Made by a program: the position numbers and the translations under genes. From a virus (lineage: Duplodnaviria > Caudoviricetes), in the IMG/VR virus record IMGVR_UViG_3300037657_000286, positions 1 to 45,928 of that record: a stretch of DNA of 45,928 nucleotides; one strand, given 5' to 3'. Positions within the stretch are counted from its first letter, which is position 1. Every line of letters begins with the position of its first letter. Shown in pieces: positions 39,301 through 45,333 of this stretch. The notes below the pieces were generated by a model. The model was given only the letters and a program-made list of their open reading frames with translations. It ran no database searches and was not told where the DNA came from.

Positions 39301-40585
39301 GGGGGTGCCAGCCACCATATCGAGCCAGTCCGGGGGCAGTATCACCGGTGCTCTCAAAGCTGTCCACCGTGCCGCCGTCCAGTATGGCAAATATCGGCTG
39401 GGAAAAGAAATGACGGAAGATGACCGCAATGTTTTTCTCACCATCACGAACAACGGCTGGGACCAGGCACAGTTCAACATGGAGAATGCCGCGGTCCTGA
39501 TGTCAAAGGTCGGCCGCGGATGGGCAAAATTCTGCGAGTATGCCATGTATATGTTCGGGGCGGCGGAACGGGCCAACCGGGCAACAACGATCTTTGCCGC
39601 GTACAAGGAGATCATCGCCAATACCTCGCTTCGTGGGCAGGAGGCACTGGAGAAGGCGAAACACATTTCCGACCGAGCGCACGGCATTTACGGCAAAGAG
39701 ACCATTCCGTCGTGGGTGCGCGGCAGTGCCAACCCGTTGAGGCTGACGTATACCTTTCAGAAGTTCTCCCACAACTACATGCTCAATATGCTTGAGATGG
39801 GACTGAAGGGGGACCGTAAGCAGGCGGCGTATATGCTTCTCTCTCCGGTCCTTATGGGCGGGGCCGGGGCGACACTGGCGACCCCGATTATTGCAATGAT
39901 CGCCAAAGGTATGGGGGCCGGTGACGACCCTGAAGAAGAGTTTTATGACTGGGCGGCCGAGACATTTGGCAGCGACGCAATCGCCCGCCACGGCATTCCC
40001 GGGATGGCCGGGATCAACCTCAAGGGATCGATCGAGATGAACAACCCGATCCCCACCACGATGGGGGAATTGTTCGGGGCGCCGCAGGCAATCATCAAGG
40101 ATACCATGAAGGCTGTAGAGCATGCCGGCAAGGGCGAGATGATGAAGGCTGGGGAAGCGTTGCTCCCAACCGCTGCTGGCTCGCTCATCAGGGCAGCACG
40201 CGAGGGCAGCGAGGGGATCACCACCGGCAGCTACAGTCCGGTGTTTTATGGCGATGAGCCGCTACAGGCCACCACTGCAGAGCAATTTGTCCGCGCCTTG
40301 TCGTTCAATCCGTCGCGGATTTCCGGGATCAGGGAAAAACAATGGCACGAGAAACAGATTGCCGCCAAATACAACAAGCGGCGAGCGGATATCATCGAGA
40401 AGTTCAAACGATATTATATATATGGCGATGGCAACCATTACGAACTGATGAAAGAATTCAATCGGTACAATGAACTGGTTGTCGGGTCTGGGCGTAACGA
40501 TTTGCCAAAACTATCGATGCCCGGTATCCGTAGGGCTGTGAGGAGGGCGACGAAACCGAGCAAGACCGAACGGCTACGCGCCTGA
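27320..40585 (+). CDS. Giant DarB-like polyvalent virion protein: N6-adenine MTase + SNF2-like helicase + HExxH metallopeptidase-like/LPD domains
   Basis: MTase motif I ILEPGCGIGNF (31574-31606) and NPPF (31772-31783). Helicase GAGKT (33635-33649), DEAH (34109-34120), SGTP and QREGRIVRQGN. HEGGH (36284-36298) and HETQH (37010-37024). TGWW...WKFEIDDS is LPD23-like. Confidence 0.88.
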   Translation: MALRDEITAAYQQKIQQPNLRKEIEAAYNEKALAEGANRSALGEIGTGLKRGIIGELPDTTGKAMQWASDQDGGRLSQTVNALGKSISDKAEKTLARPDLQLNPDSHNIVTNSLASGAEMLAPSVAFPLAIGAGLSLAPEAAVGGALGLGLASLGGAVPMGMAQAQSTYENVKKAGGDEDKATTAGWKSGAIETGGETVGTFLGGKLLGIGGKVLGKATQPTMASSLGTITGKEVLKPFGKQLATTAGGEVATEMGQSYGQAKVEQGAGVAVDPLRQTLDVIGPTLGMTALLAPFGLAGHFKNAKRAEAIDTILTNPAAAKPEERTAVVEMLHKEAKANKVPDADIWLAGAKEDILAGSPIRRASNPDAQIPNPGELPESLTNAVSGLPVQQGPSADPLEDEVNALLNESLNEETVEPAGVVSRMAQKSMEILGQQPVAPDQALSRLADVQGNPLDVERGTAPTVLQDTASRLVPQSGLDQAFPDYSESEANDLLYDLADQAQVEQDSADSRKRKNDFENMQQEEQAIQRSVAASRPVEEPNPDLDNPVPMNTPLALIAKDYGREVSKAMRAAWREGEEISVVEAIKRVTGKEEPGIGAEGEFESPLATGESNATGKQAEAEADQKENDKTKSAGGNEGLLKVDVDQSERNERVLEGASQLPGTSQLSGVDSQELSTKPVEAHETPSGESQATVQESLKVQADQPGAETVTGAVNDSGSSPTLVEHTTKKGKVLRGVVRKDLSKSQAKEIDQFSFKKDDGFFIREKFLKDLPEQQTATENRSNPWDVLSTDEKQVIGEYWGNEKLHQISWENFSALQREWMQSGGYRDLLENKKAKAPASSNKSEGKQEETTKPVMKAGTGQSLPVPGRPELSYVIHYSTMDRKQQGKFTATITKPGAVGVVPLRGYGDTEEAAFERAVSQLKKPEQSDSQTVPSDKSDTPIEPKESAKDKFRSALERRGAARTDAGATFMVVSRNDGYYEVERTHGGNRETLFEGESLDMEAARDRAVEVAFSEPSKNGPEIKQQSSKNKEQSQEDTPDNQLNSSANENKSAEVSNKGETTKDEYGAGNKLVSRSRKEELVKRLREKLNQVNSGFDPEIFALGAELAVFHIESGARQFGAYAKAILADLGTAARPYLKIWYNAARDFPGMDSTGMNGYDEIQAIPAGKEEFTKDLISSGNSDTLKEKGGASDEQLQTDGSGVPAETRPGRPEADEARGGTGGVPGGDREGSPGNGKDGLQADDGKPAGRRPEKKAGGKPGSGRSQGGIDKLPERVPDQPVGANYSITDADNLGKGGAKTKARDNIRAIEILKELRQTGKPATKEQQAALVKYVGWGASELANNIFPTKKWDTVSRKYIDHFKDDSWRELGEKLKELLSESEHAEAQGSTLNAHYTSQDVIQSMYRALERFGFDGKGRILEPGCGIGNFIGLLPEKFQQARFTGVEMDPTTAGIASLLYPRHDVRTMDFADFKAPNNFYDIAIGNPPFLDVKVTGDPEYAKQKFLVHDFFFAKSIDKVRPGGLLMLITSKGTMDKARDRARVYLSKRADLIGAIRLPQTAFKENAGTEVVTDVIFLRKRADGELTAGESWAELREVSTRDGDTVYVNEYFANHPEMVLGYHSTKGTMYGPGQYTVEPKDGSIADHFNEAVKTLPENIYQKDAGRAIDKQDRLEVEFAPDAIKEGGFFLKDGDLFQKENGVGRPVSATGGKKAIIKDFIKLRDAVRNVLYVQMKGDDPTALKDAQNELNKAYDGFVALYGHINKHRSTTRMLKDGTESTSTQYINFSQFKSDPDAYLVASIERYDLDTGEAKKADIFTERVIDSPREPKIDTATDALHVSLYRTGGVDLPLMTELLGQPEKDILSALEDLIFMDPDGHRWVTSDEYLSGNVKKKLAEAKAAVEVDKKFQKNVEALEKVQPEDLPQSRIDVNLGMPLFDPEHIVNFSQDVLEMGVSASYLSLDGSWKIEPFSGHGAAKATSDYGTGRANASSLLEAALNNITPKIFDYDENHKAILNKDETEAAVEKLKKIRKAFKEWVWSDQQTAETIARRFNDQYNNTVKREFGGEYLKQMQFPGLSRVKNPFEHQRRVAWRIIQRGNTYMAHSVGAGKTIASIIAGQEMKRLGIKKKPVWVVPGHMLKQFAGEFLELYPAAKILVADEEQFSKENRNRFMGRVASENWDGIIITHSAFGKIPMSADFQGQFIDEQLQDIELLLADSAGDRMKRKQLERLKKRLEARLKKVLDAANKDKGVNFEETGIDQIFVDEAHEFRKLDFSTNQTNIRGIDPAGSMRAFDLYVKTKFLETLAPGRSLVMMSGTPITNTLGEVYTIQRFLQEDKLRELGLNHFDSWAATFGGMVTNIEQTPGGSYKPVSRFGDFANLHSLCAMWAEIGDFVHARDLDYIKRPKIKGGGRKLIVGETDQLQRDYKKALAARVKEIESRKRPPKKGEDIILSVITDGRHAAMDDRYVDPNAPLRSDSKTAKLIDKGMEVYHRTAKERGTQMIFADLGLPSSEDKRGFSLYNFIRDQLIANGVPPNEIAFMQDYKKSDQKRKLFQDMNDGKIRFLIGSSIAMGTGVNAQKRLVALHHFDADTYLPANIEQREGRIVRQGNTNNEVEIYAYIARGSYDETMWQFLETKQRFIDDFLAGNVSVDKASDIDGAADSFAEAKALSSDNPLAIELAGVNNELSRLESLHTAFRKDQQTLVYKKEAAKAGIQRIEGSIATMERAAAKLVPTKGDSFKATISGKSYEDREAAGDALLREVATILKGDPATKDIGEMGGFTIQIKKSMPMNKPYVELAMLDRETDTKTPWREIDLENLSDVSAPGLVMKLENGLNDIGSRIEGMKESLRSNRRQIEEADARIGQEFEYMDMLRDKRKRRDEIEKELAAADKEETGGDVLLSRSSDTTPTGTTTGQVETELRSFLGRGYDNLVQKGKLEITQEQGDLQGTLLRTQSRTVAGVYDPKTGKVNLFADNIIADDARYVMLHEGGHALLREDKTFMAKREKILISFERLAQTNESMQAAMAKVPADTAAEHRSEEGLMYWLQDKTNHQHSLFRRIISVVKAALFRLGVPFENLTESDLVALFTQGTKAWSRKGGAAGKQDSPLFTFAGARAETADKLTLAAAQKMEQQGIDRDQIWKTTGWWKLGNDWKFEIDDSLSDVKIEDGTLDEVLAHPQLFKSYPGIAKVRVRLEDMGWTSRGSYDADKRLIRINSDIPDLLKRSVVLHETQHIIQNEENTRGGANFGSYKARISLDNNFRIKVFNTIKKQHVDISNILDSWDKDVNGRGDKYYEDQLNKTKLGADVLELKNSIKDDQVVYEEAYNQYATTIGEVESRLVQRRLNMSPAARKATPPWETLDKMLQAEGLLSPGQKAEDVLISQKDGGSQIMYSMAAAESYDDGLKESAGSFYEKIHDKPDIPFLARIFSTPEYYFKNFPATWKLFNAQLNRHKEKFNLENAILGDFVKVFSGAQKEMKEAYEKVKNYLLEVDASGKSYRLKREEKWEVVDNDGLIVGYTMTKREGEQVAREAAGKSGKHIKDYTPTKVETWTVIDPKGAEGDQFLDEQEAVEAMEQAEYFDLVNAGHSKDEAGLVRRFRRMTNTAFDHMIADLRKIIRETEALNLPEPTVDVPDESRRWAVLEDGIGIANFATKADAMAAIKMRRVGEEKMTGVRPAKLEYKKLSDAEIMQQVKLSGMIAMMSDLRGQYFPRQRKPGGVILRAVKGNDKIMEKFDLYLAGRKIIDAETGEQQSRPMSEWLRKSFNKTTGFIPFVDTLEKRARQLRAQGYDIVVEKDAKTPESVFDVVHLSASVDALLREAVGNAKKDKQGLNERAMQEVNKILTANVADLFKARGYMSSRLRRSSEYWKGFEEDPLLAGTQYAKGIASGIAKRNAAKNMMAAMTGRDQTWAEFKEQNPEGTWDEYDSQVEGKRLDPGKQPQLHREALGFMEEVLRNEEQIDRVIGTMRGLATIKFLGFRVSSAAVNLTNMIMGVPATISSQSGGSITGALKAVHRAAVQYGKYRLGKEMTEDDRNVFLTITNNGWDQAQFNMENAAVLMSKVGRGWAKFCEYAMYMFGAAERANRATTIFAAYKEIIANTSLRGQEALEKAKHISDRAHGIYGKETIPSWVRGSANPLRLTYTFQKFSHNYMLNMLEMGLKGDRKQAAYMLLSPVLMGGAGATLATPIIAMIAKGMGAGDDPEEEFYDWAAETFGSDAIARHGIPGMAGINLKGSIEMNNPIPTTMGELFGAPQAIIKDTMKAVEHAGKGEMMKAGEALLPTAAGSLIRAAREGSEGITTGSYSPVFYGDEPLQATTAEQFVRALSFNPSRISGIREKQWHEKQIAAKYNKRRADIIEKFKRYYIYGDGNHYELMKEFNRYNELVVGSGRNDLPKLSMPGIRRAVRRATKPSKTERLRA
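30897..31163 (+). CDS. Nested out-of-frame gene, TnpV-like helical protein (88 aa)
   Basis: AGGAGGT RBS (30883-30889) 7 nt before ATG; TTGATT-17-TACGCT promoter (30845-30873). Protein AAEYLQKHDPEDLKRMKREGVLEEFL resembles TnpV. The host frame is low-complexity over the same span. Confidence 0.65.
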   Translation: MSNYKQMAAEYLQKHDPEDLKRMKREGVLEEFLEGIERDHLETERTVFKQMTENLPDDDLKRKQEENRARDVAREVSTSYLNEFLTSL

Positions 40586-40701
40586 CATATTGTAATGAGA
40601 TATTTTTGCAAGGATATTTTCTGTAAAATTGTGTAAAATTGTGTTATCGTTCTGCATGAAGGTGTAGTTCGGAGTCTGGAGAAGCCCCGCAAGGGAGCGA
40701 C

Positions 40702-40751
40702 AAAGGCCCGGTTGAAGAGGATAATTGCCTCTTTGCCGGGCCTTTTTTTTT
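40702..40751 (+). terminator. Rho-independent terminator upstream of the lipoprotein/lysis module
   Basis: AAAGGCCCGG...AAGAGG-loop-CCTCTT...CCGGGCC followed by T9. Confidence 0.8.
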
Positions 40752-40782
40752 ACCCACCAACCACCACAAGAAGGAGGAAACG

Positions 40783-41502
40783 ATGAAAAAGTTTTCCATG
40801 CTGGTCTGTATCCTGGCGCTGTTGCCGGCGATGACCGGTTGTATCGGGACAACCAACACGCGGACCACGACAACCAGGGCGATAGATCCGGACACCGGGA
40901 CCGAGAAGGTGACCATGGTGGAGGAGGATAAGGATTTCTGGGAGTCCGGCAACCTGCGCATGTACTACGAGGCCGACGGTAAGCGGGTCGACGCGCACCA
41001 GCGACTCGCCACGGAAAAAATCACCTTCATCCGCGAGCAGGGCGTCCTGCGCCAGGCCGACCTGCAGACCCCGACCGAGAGAGTGTTGTCGAATGTGGTG
41101 GATACCCTGCTCGTCGCCCAGATCCCGACCGTCGCCCCCGCACCCTCATCTCCTGCGCCAAAAACCGCCGTTGATATGTTCGAGCGCAACCTTGTGCCTC
41201 TCACCCACTTGGCGGTCGGTGTCGGTGGGGAATTGCTTGATCTCGATATCGGGGGGCCGTTTGGCAGAAATAGCGGCGAAGGCAGCTCCTCCCTGGAAGA
41301 GGTGGTCGTCGGGGGTGACCTCTTCATCAACTCTGAAAAGGCCGACCAGTATTACCTCGAAGAGGGGAGCGCCTGGGGAGGCCAGGAAAATCCCACCTTC
41401 AGCTGGCAATATGAGACCAATACCGGCAACTCGACCAATAGCGGTCAGGAGGGAACCGCCAGCGCCTCCGCCCCGTCCGACAAAAACACGAGTCTATTCT
41501 GA
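40783..41502 (+). CDS. Lipoprotein
   Basis: AGGAGG RBS; signal peptide MKKFSMLVCILALLPAMTG-C (lipobox-like). Confidence 0.7.
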   Translation: MKKFSMLVCILALLPAMTGCIGTTNTRTTTTRAIDPDTGTEKVTMVEEDKDFWESGNLRMYYEADGKRVDAHQRLATEKITFIREQGVLRQADLQTPTERVLSNVVDTLLVAQIPTVAPAPSSPAPKTAVDMFERNLVPLTHLAVGVGGELLDLDIGGPFGRNSGEGSSSLEEVVVGGDLFINSEKADQYYLEEGSAWGGQENPTFSWQYETNTGNSTNSGQEGTASASAPSDKNTSLF

Positions 41503-41510
41503 TGGTCCAT

Positions 41511-41996
41511 ATGAAGAAAAACATATTCGCAATCTTTTGTGCAGCGTTGCTGCTTTTGGCCGGCTGTTCGGACAATGACGGAACGATTAGCGGCTCAGGC
41601 GATCTCGAGCGCTCTGAGAGGCCGCGCGATGGCGGGACCACCAAGAAGGCGACGATGCCGAATCAGGATGGGGACACCGGGGACGTGAGCTCGCCGTCCG
41701 GATCCTGCAGTGAATATTCCAGCTACGGCACCCGCAACGGCGGTCGGGAGGCCTGGAGAATTCCGCGGAAAGGCCCGGAATTCGGAAGCAGGGTCAAGGT
41801 GGTTTTCTCCAATGGCCACACCGTCATTGTCCCGAACACCGCCCAGAATTACCGGGAGGGTGATGGCTTTGTCTTTAAACCAGGCATACCAGATGGCGGT
41901 GAAGGATCGAATAGCACCAGCACATCCCATGGAGGGGTGTTTCTTCACGCACCCTACGGTAATCACAGCAAGCTCGTCAAGCTGTGCAAAATGTGA
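41511..41996 (+). CDS. Lipoprotein
   Basis: Signal peptide MKKNIFAIFCAALLLLAG-C with canonical LAGC lipobox. Confidence 0.75.
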   Translation: MKKNIFAIFCAALLLLAGCSDNDGTISGSGDLERSERPRDGGTTKKATMPNQDGDTGDVSSPSGSCSEYSSYGTRNGGREAWRIPRKGPEFGSRVKVVFSNGHTVIVPNTAQNYREGDGFVFKPGIPDGGEGSNSTSTSHGGVFLHAPYGNHSKLVKLCKM

Positions 41997-42010
41997 CAGC
42001 GGAGGAAAAA

Positions 42011-42364
42011 ATGGAAAAAGCATCGATCCCACAACTGGCCAAGGGGTTCGTGTCATCCGAGTTTTTCGTCATTCTCCTGGTTGTCATGGGAGTGGATGTC
42101 GACACTGCCGTGGCCATTTTCGGCGGTGTCCCTGATGCCGAACAGATCAAGGCGGTAATAGCCATGCTGCACGGCGAGGATTGGCAGTCCCTGCTCATCA
42201 AGAGCGGTATCGCCGCAGGCTATTTATGGGTCCGCCATAACAACAAGATGGCTGGCATCAATTTCGAAATAGAAAGAATTCGGTCTGCCGTGGAGCGTTA
42301 CGACACTGGCCTTCAGCACACGGATGACCTGACAAAGTTACACTCCTTTGGTGACAAGCAATGA
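42011..42364 (+). CDS. Small membrane protein (holin-like)
   Basis: GGAGG RBS; hydrophobic segments FFVILLVVMGV and LLIKSGIAAGYLW. Confidence 0.5.
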   Translation: MEKASIPQLAKGFVSSEFFVILLVVMGVDVDTAVAIFGGVPDAEQIKAVIAMLHGEDWQSLLIKSGIAAGYLWVRHNNKMAGINFEIERIRSAVERYDTGLQHTDDLTKLHSFGDKQ

Positions 42365-42828
42365 CCATCATCCAGATGTGGGATGGCATGGGAATGCAAG
42401 TGACGGAGCCGATGGTCCGGCTCTTCCCGTGGTGCTCGTATGAAGACTTCCCGACCAATTACTGCGGCCCCGGTGACGGCCTTGAGCAGCGGCTTATCCC
42501 TGATTCGATTTTTGGGCTGACCGCATTCCTGCCGGGATTCCTCGACATCTCGATCAAGCTGGCGCCGGCCTGTTTCATCCATGATCTCGACTGGCAGTTC
42601 GCACCTCCGACTTGGGATGCATTCCATGAATCGAACTCTCGATTCTATGCCAATCTCAAGACGATCATCGAGGTCAAGGCAAAGCCCGGGCTGATTCGCC
42701 GACATGCCAAGAAATTCCCTGCCATCTATGCCCAGACCGTTGACACGCTTGGCCGGCCGATATTCTGGCGGATCAAACGCGATCAGGGGTTGGCTATCCC
42801 GGCCAGCGCGGCATGGCTGATCAAATAG
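42361..42828 (+). CDS. Protein with phospholipase A2-like motifs
   Basis: NYCGPG (Ca-loop-like) and ACFIHDLDW (CxxHD catalytic-like). Confidence 0.55.
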   Translation: MTIIQMWDGMGMQVTEPMVRLFPWCSYEDFPTNYCGPGDGLEQRLIPDSIFGLTAFLPGFLDISIKLAPACFIHDLDWQFAPPTWDAFHESNSRFYANLKTIIEVKAKPGLIRRHAKKFPAIYAQTVDTLGRPIFWRIKRDQGLAIPASAAWLIK

Positions 42829-42838
42829 GAGGGCGACC

Positions 42839-43132
42839 ATGACAGAAGTAAGCCATCCACCCCCGGAAAGAAGAGAAAGGAACCTTACCGAGGCAGATAT
42901 CAGGGACATTGTGGAAGCACTGAGAGAGGACACCTACCATATCTGCCGGTTCGGGGATCTTGACCCGAAGATATTGGCTGAAGCGATGCAATTTTACCAG
43001 AACTTCAACGCGGTATTTGGGGAGTCCGGAAAGATCATCTGGCGAACAGTGTTGACCTGCGGGGTGGGTGGTTTCATCATCATAGTCGGAATGGGGATTG
43101 TAGCCAAGATTAAGGAGATAGCAGGACGATGA
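42839..43132 (+). CDS. Single-TM membrane protein, probable holin
   Basis: AGGAGG RBS; C-terminal TM VLTCGVGGFIIIVGMGIVA; ATGA-coupled to the endolysin. Confidence 0.55.
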   Translation: MTEVSHPPPERRERNLTEADIRDIVEALREDTYHICRFGDLDPKILAEAMQFYQNFNAVFGESGKIIWRTVLTCGVGGFIIIVGMGIVAKIKEIAGR

Positions 43133-43713
43133 CTGAATATTTTGATGAGGCGTATGACGCCACAATGGAAAACGAGGGCAGGGGCAAGCGAACGAAGAAC
43201 AGGCTTGACCCGGGGGGTGAGACCTACTCGGGGATTTCCCGTGTTCACCACCCAGGGTGGGGTGGGTGGTCGTATATTGATTTGTGTATCCGTGAGGGCA
43301 AGCCGATCGATGTCGACTGGCTCGAGCCGATGGTCCGGAAGTTTTACCGCGACGTATTCTGGCACCCGAATGCCGGAGACCAGCTGGCGGAACTGTCGCC
43401 GGCGATTGCGTTGAAGGTGTTCGATACCGCGGTCAATGTCAATACGGACCGAGCGGCCACATGGCTACAGCTGGCGCTGAACCTATTGAACCGGAATCAG
43501 AAACTCTATCCCGATCTACTCGTCGATGGCGATATCGGGGGCAAGACCATAGGGACATTGAGAGTTGCCTTGGCGCAACGCCCACCAACCCAGGAGGTCA
43601 CAGAATGGCGGATCCTGAAGATCATCTCATCGAGGTATAGCGATCTCTGGTTCGATCGGATGCAGAAATTCCCGGAACGGGAAGAGTTCCGGGGAATTTG
43701 GGATCGGGTGTGA
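43129..43713 (+). CDS. Endolysin, glycoside hydrolase family 108 with peptidoglycan-binding domain
   Basis: ENEG...DPGGETYSGIS, FYRDVFW, VFDTAVN, LQLALN and VDGDIGGKT motifs. Confidence 0.88.
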   Translation: MTEYFDEAYDATMENEGRGKRTKNRLDPGGETYSGISRVHHPGWGGWSYIDLCIREGKPIDVDWLEPMVRKFYRDVFWHPNAGDQLAELSPAIALKVFDTAVNVNTDRAATWLQLALNLLNRNQKLYPDLLVDGDIGGKTIGTLRVALAQRPPTQEVTEWRILKIISSRYSDLWFDRMQKFPEREEFRGIWDRV

Positions 43714-44129
43714 TGAGGGCTGAGAGGATAAATAATCTGTAGAAATCGAGATCCGGTCTGACAGGTTATGTTTTTTTAGTTTTGATCGTTTCTGACAGCC
43801 TAAAGATCTGCACGGCTTTCAATGTATGTTTTAAAGAATCAGTCCAAATGAGCGATTTAAAATGGAGCATTTCCCTAACTCTCTTTATGGGCAGATATTG
43901 CTTGATACAACGATACGAACATATAATCAAGGCAATAACTTAATATAAAAAGAAAAAACAGGTTTTGTTACGTATATTCAGGAATAAGATTAACTTGCGG
44001 TCCGTCGCATTACGGTTAAGGTTGCCAAATTACATTCTTACTCCTCATTAAAATTCTCTGTAAATACATTGTGCCAAAATGACCTTAACAGATCAAACAT
44101 AAATTTTCAGCCAGTACTACTTTGTTACA

Positions 44130-44159
44130 TTGACTGGATTTGATCTACTCACATATAAT
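44130..44159 (+). promoter_or_regulatory. sigma70-like promoter upstream of the riboswitch
   Basis: TTGACT (44130-44135), 18 nt, TATAAT (44154-44159). Confidence 0.55.
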
Positions 44160-44177
44160 ACAAGTATATAATTTTCA

Positions 44178-44255
44178 GCTTAAGCTAAAGCCAAACCTGC
44201 CGTGAGGTAGGGACGGAAAGCTACGGGTCTTAGAAGATAGCCGAGCTGCCTTTAA
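44178..44255 (+). ncRNA. Cyclic-di-GMP-I (GEMM) riboswitch aptamer
   Basis: GCCAAACC-tgccGTGAggta-GGGACGGAAAG-CTACGGGTCT...GATAGCCGAGCTGCC matches the GEMM consensus, including the GNRA tetraloop. Confidence 0.88.
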
Positions 44256-44277
44256 AAAGGTGTTTCGGCTTTTTTTA
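44239..44277 (+). terminator. Riboswitch expression-platform terminator
   Basis: AGCCGA...CCTTT-loop-AAGG...TCGGCT followed by a T-run; 5' arm overlaps the 3' strand of the aptamer. Confidence 0.75.
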
Positions 44278-44475
44278 TGTTTTAAATTATCTGATTACAT
44301 CTACTCCTCAGCAAGGTGTAAAGGTTCTACAATAGGTATCTAGACTCTATTTTTATGCACAGTATTAACTGGTATATAGGAAGCCCGAAACGCCGGTTAT
44401 TCCTCCATACCGCACACAAGACGAACTCACCTCCGGCGACAAAGGATTATAGGTCAAAGGCAATGGAGGTCTCAA

Positions 44476-45333
44476 ATGCGTATCAGACAAGTAATCATAC
44501 TATTTGGATCCCTAGTCGCAACCATTATTGCCGTTCATGAGGCTGGCTTCGGGCAAGAGCGATTACGGCAACCGACATATCAGTCATCGCGGAACAGAGG
44601 CCAGCCTGCAGTGAATTCGATTGTGGAGAATAAACTAAGAGGCCGCCAGGAATCAGGATCGCCAAAAAGATTTTATCCTTCGGGTGTGAGACCAGGAGTT
44701 TGGACTGCGCCTGGAAGTTCGGGAAACGACTGGACAAATCCAGAGTTTAGGTCACCAGATCCATCTCAACCAAGTTATCCTTCGGGTGTGATATCAAGAG
44801 ATCGGACTCCGCCTGGAAGTACTGGAAACGGCCGGACGGATCCAAGGTTTAGGTCACCAGATCCATCTCAACCAAGTTATCCTTCGGGTGTGATATCAAG
44901 AAATCGGACTCCGCCTGGAAGTACTGGAAACGGCCGGACGGATCCAAGGTTTAGGTCACCAGATCCATCTCAACCAAGTTATCCTTCGGGTGTGATATCA
45001 AGAGATCGGACTCCGCCGGGAAGTACTGGAAACGGCCGGACGGATCCAAGGTTTAGGTCACCAGATCCTTCTCAACCAAGTTATCCTTCGGGTATGAGAC
45101 CAAAAGATCGGACTCCGCCTGGAGGTTCGGGAAACGACTGGAAGATTCTGATCGTATCGCTTGGCATTATGGGTTTGGCAGGAGCAATTGTTAAGATACT
45201 CATGCCAAGAGTGCGGATTAGAGTCAGAAAAGATCTCGGAATACAGACAATTGAATTGGGCATTGGGTCAAACACCCACCATAGCCCTAACTCAGGAATC
45301 ATTCTATTGAATACGAAGGTGAAAGATGGCTAG
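44476..45333 (+). CDS. Exported/membrane-anchored protein with Pro/Ser/Gly-rich 34-aa repeats
   Basis: GGAGG RBS; N-terminal hydrophobic signal; repeats YPSGVISRDRTPPGSTGNGRTDPRFRSPDPSQPS; C-terminal TM ILIVSLGIMGLAGAIV. Confidence 0.7.
   Translation: MRIRQVIILFGSLVATIIAVHEAGFGQERLRQPTYQSSRNRGQPAVNSIVENKLRGRQESGSPKRFYPSGVRPGVWTAPGSSGNDWTNPEFRSPDPSQPSYPSGVISRDRTPPGSTGNGRTDPRFRSPDPSQPSYPSGVISRNRTPPGSTGNGRTDPRFRSPDPSQPSYPSGVISRDRTPPGSTGNGRTDPRFRSPDPSQPSYPSGMRPKDRTPPGGSGNDWKILIVSLGIMGLAGAIVKILMPRVRIRVRKDLGIQTIELGIGSNTHHSPNSGIILLNTKVKDG
44673..45141 (+). repeat. 102-bp coding tandem repeat, ~4.6 copies
   Basis: TTATCCTTCGGGT begins at 44673, 44775, 44877, 44979 and 45081. Confidence 0.95.

Larger units (their letters stand above)
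1..43750. mobile_element. Temperate prophage (podovirus-like); left end extends beyond the window
   Basis: Complete immunity-early-late-lysis gene order, no tape-measure or sheath genes recognised, sharp switch to AT-rich DNA after the endolysin. Right boundary is approximate; att not identified. Confidence 0.88.

Noticed and set aside
31133-40224. Many long minus-strand ORFs opposite the giant gene
   Set aside because: Expected antisense shadows of a GC3-rich coding sequence; no RBSs or recognisable motifs.
44673-45141. 102-bp repeats as a CRISPR array
   Set aside because: Units are near-identical along their full length, have no unique spacers, and are in frame (34 codons) within a coding gene.
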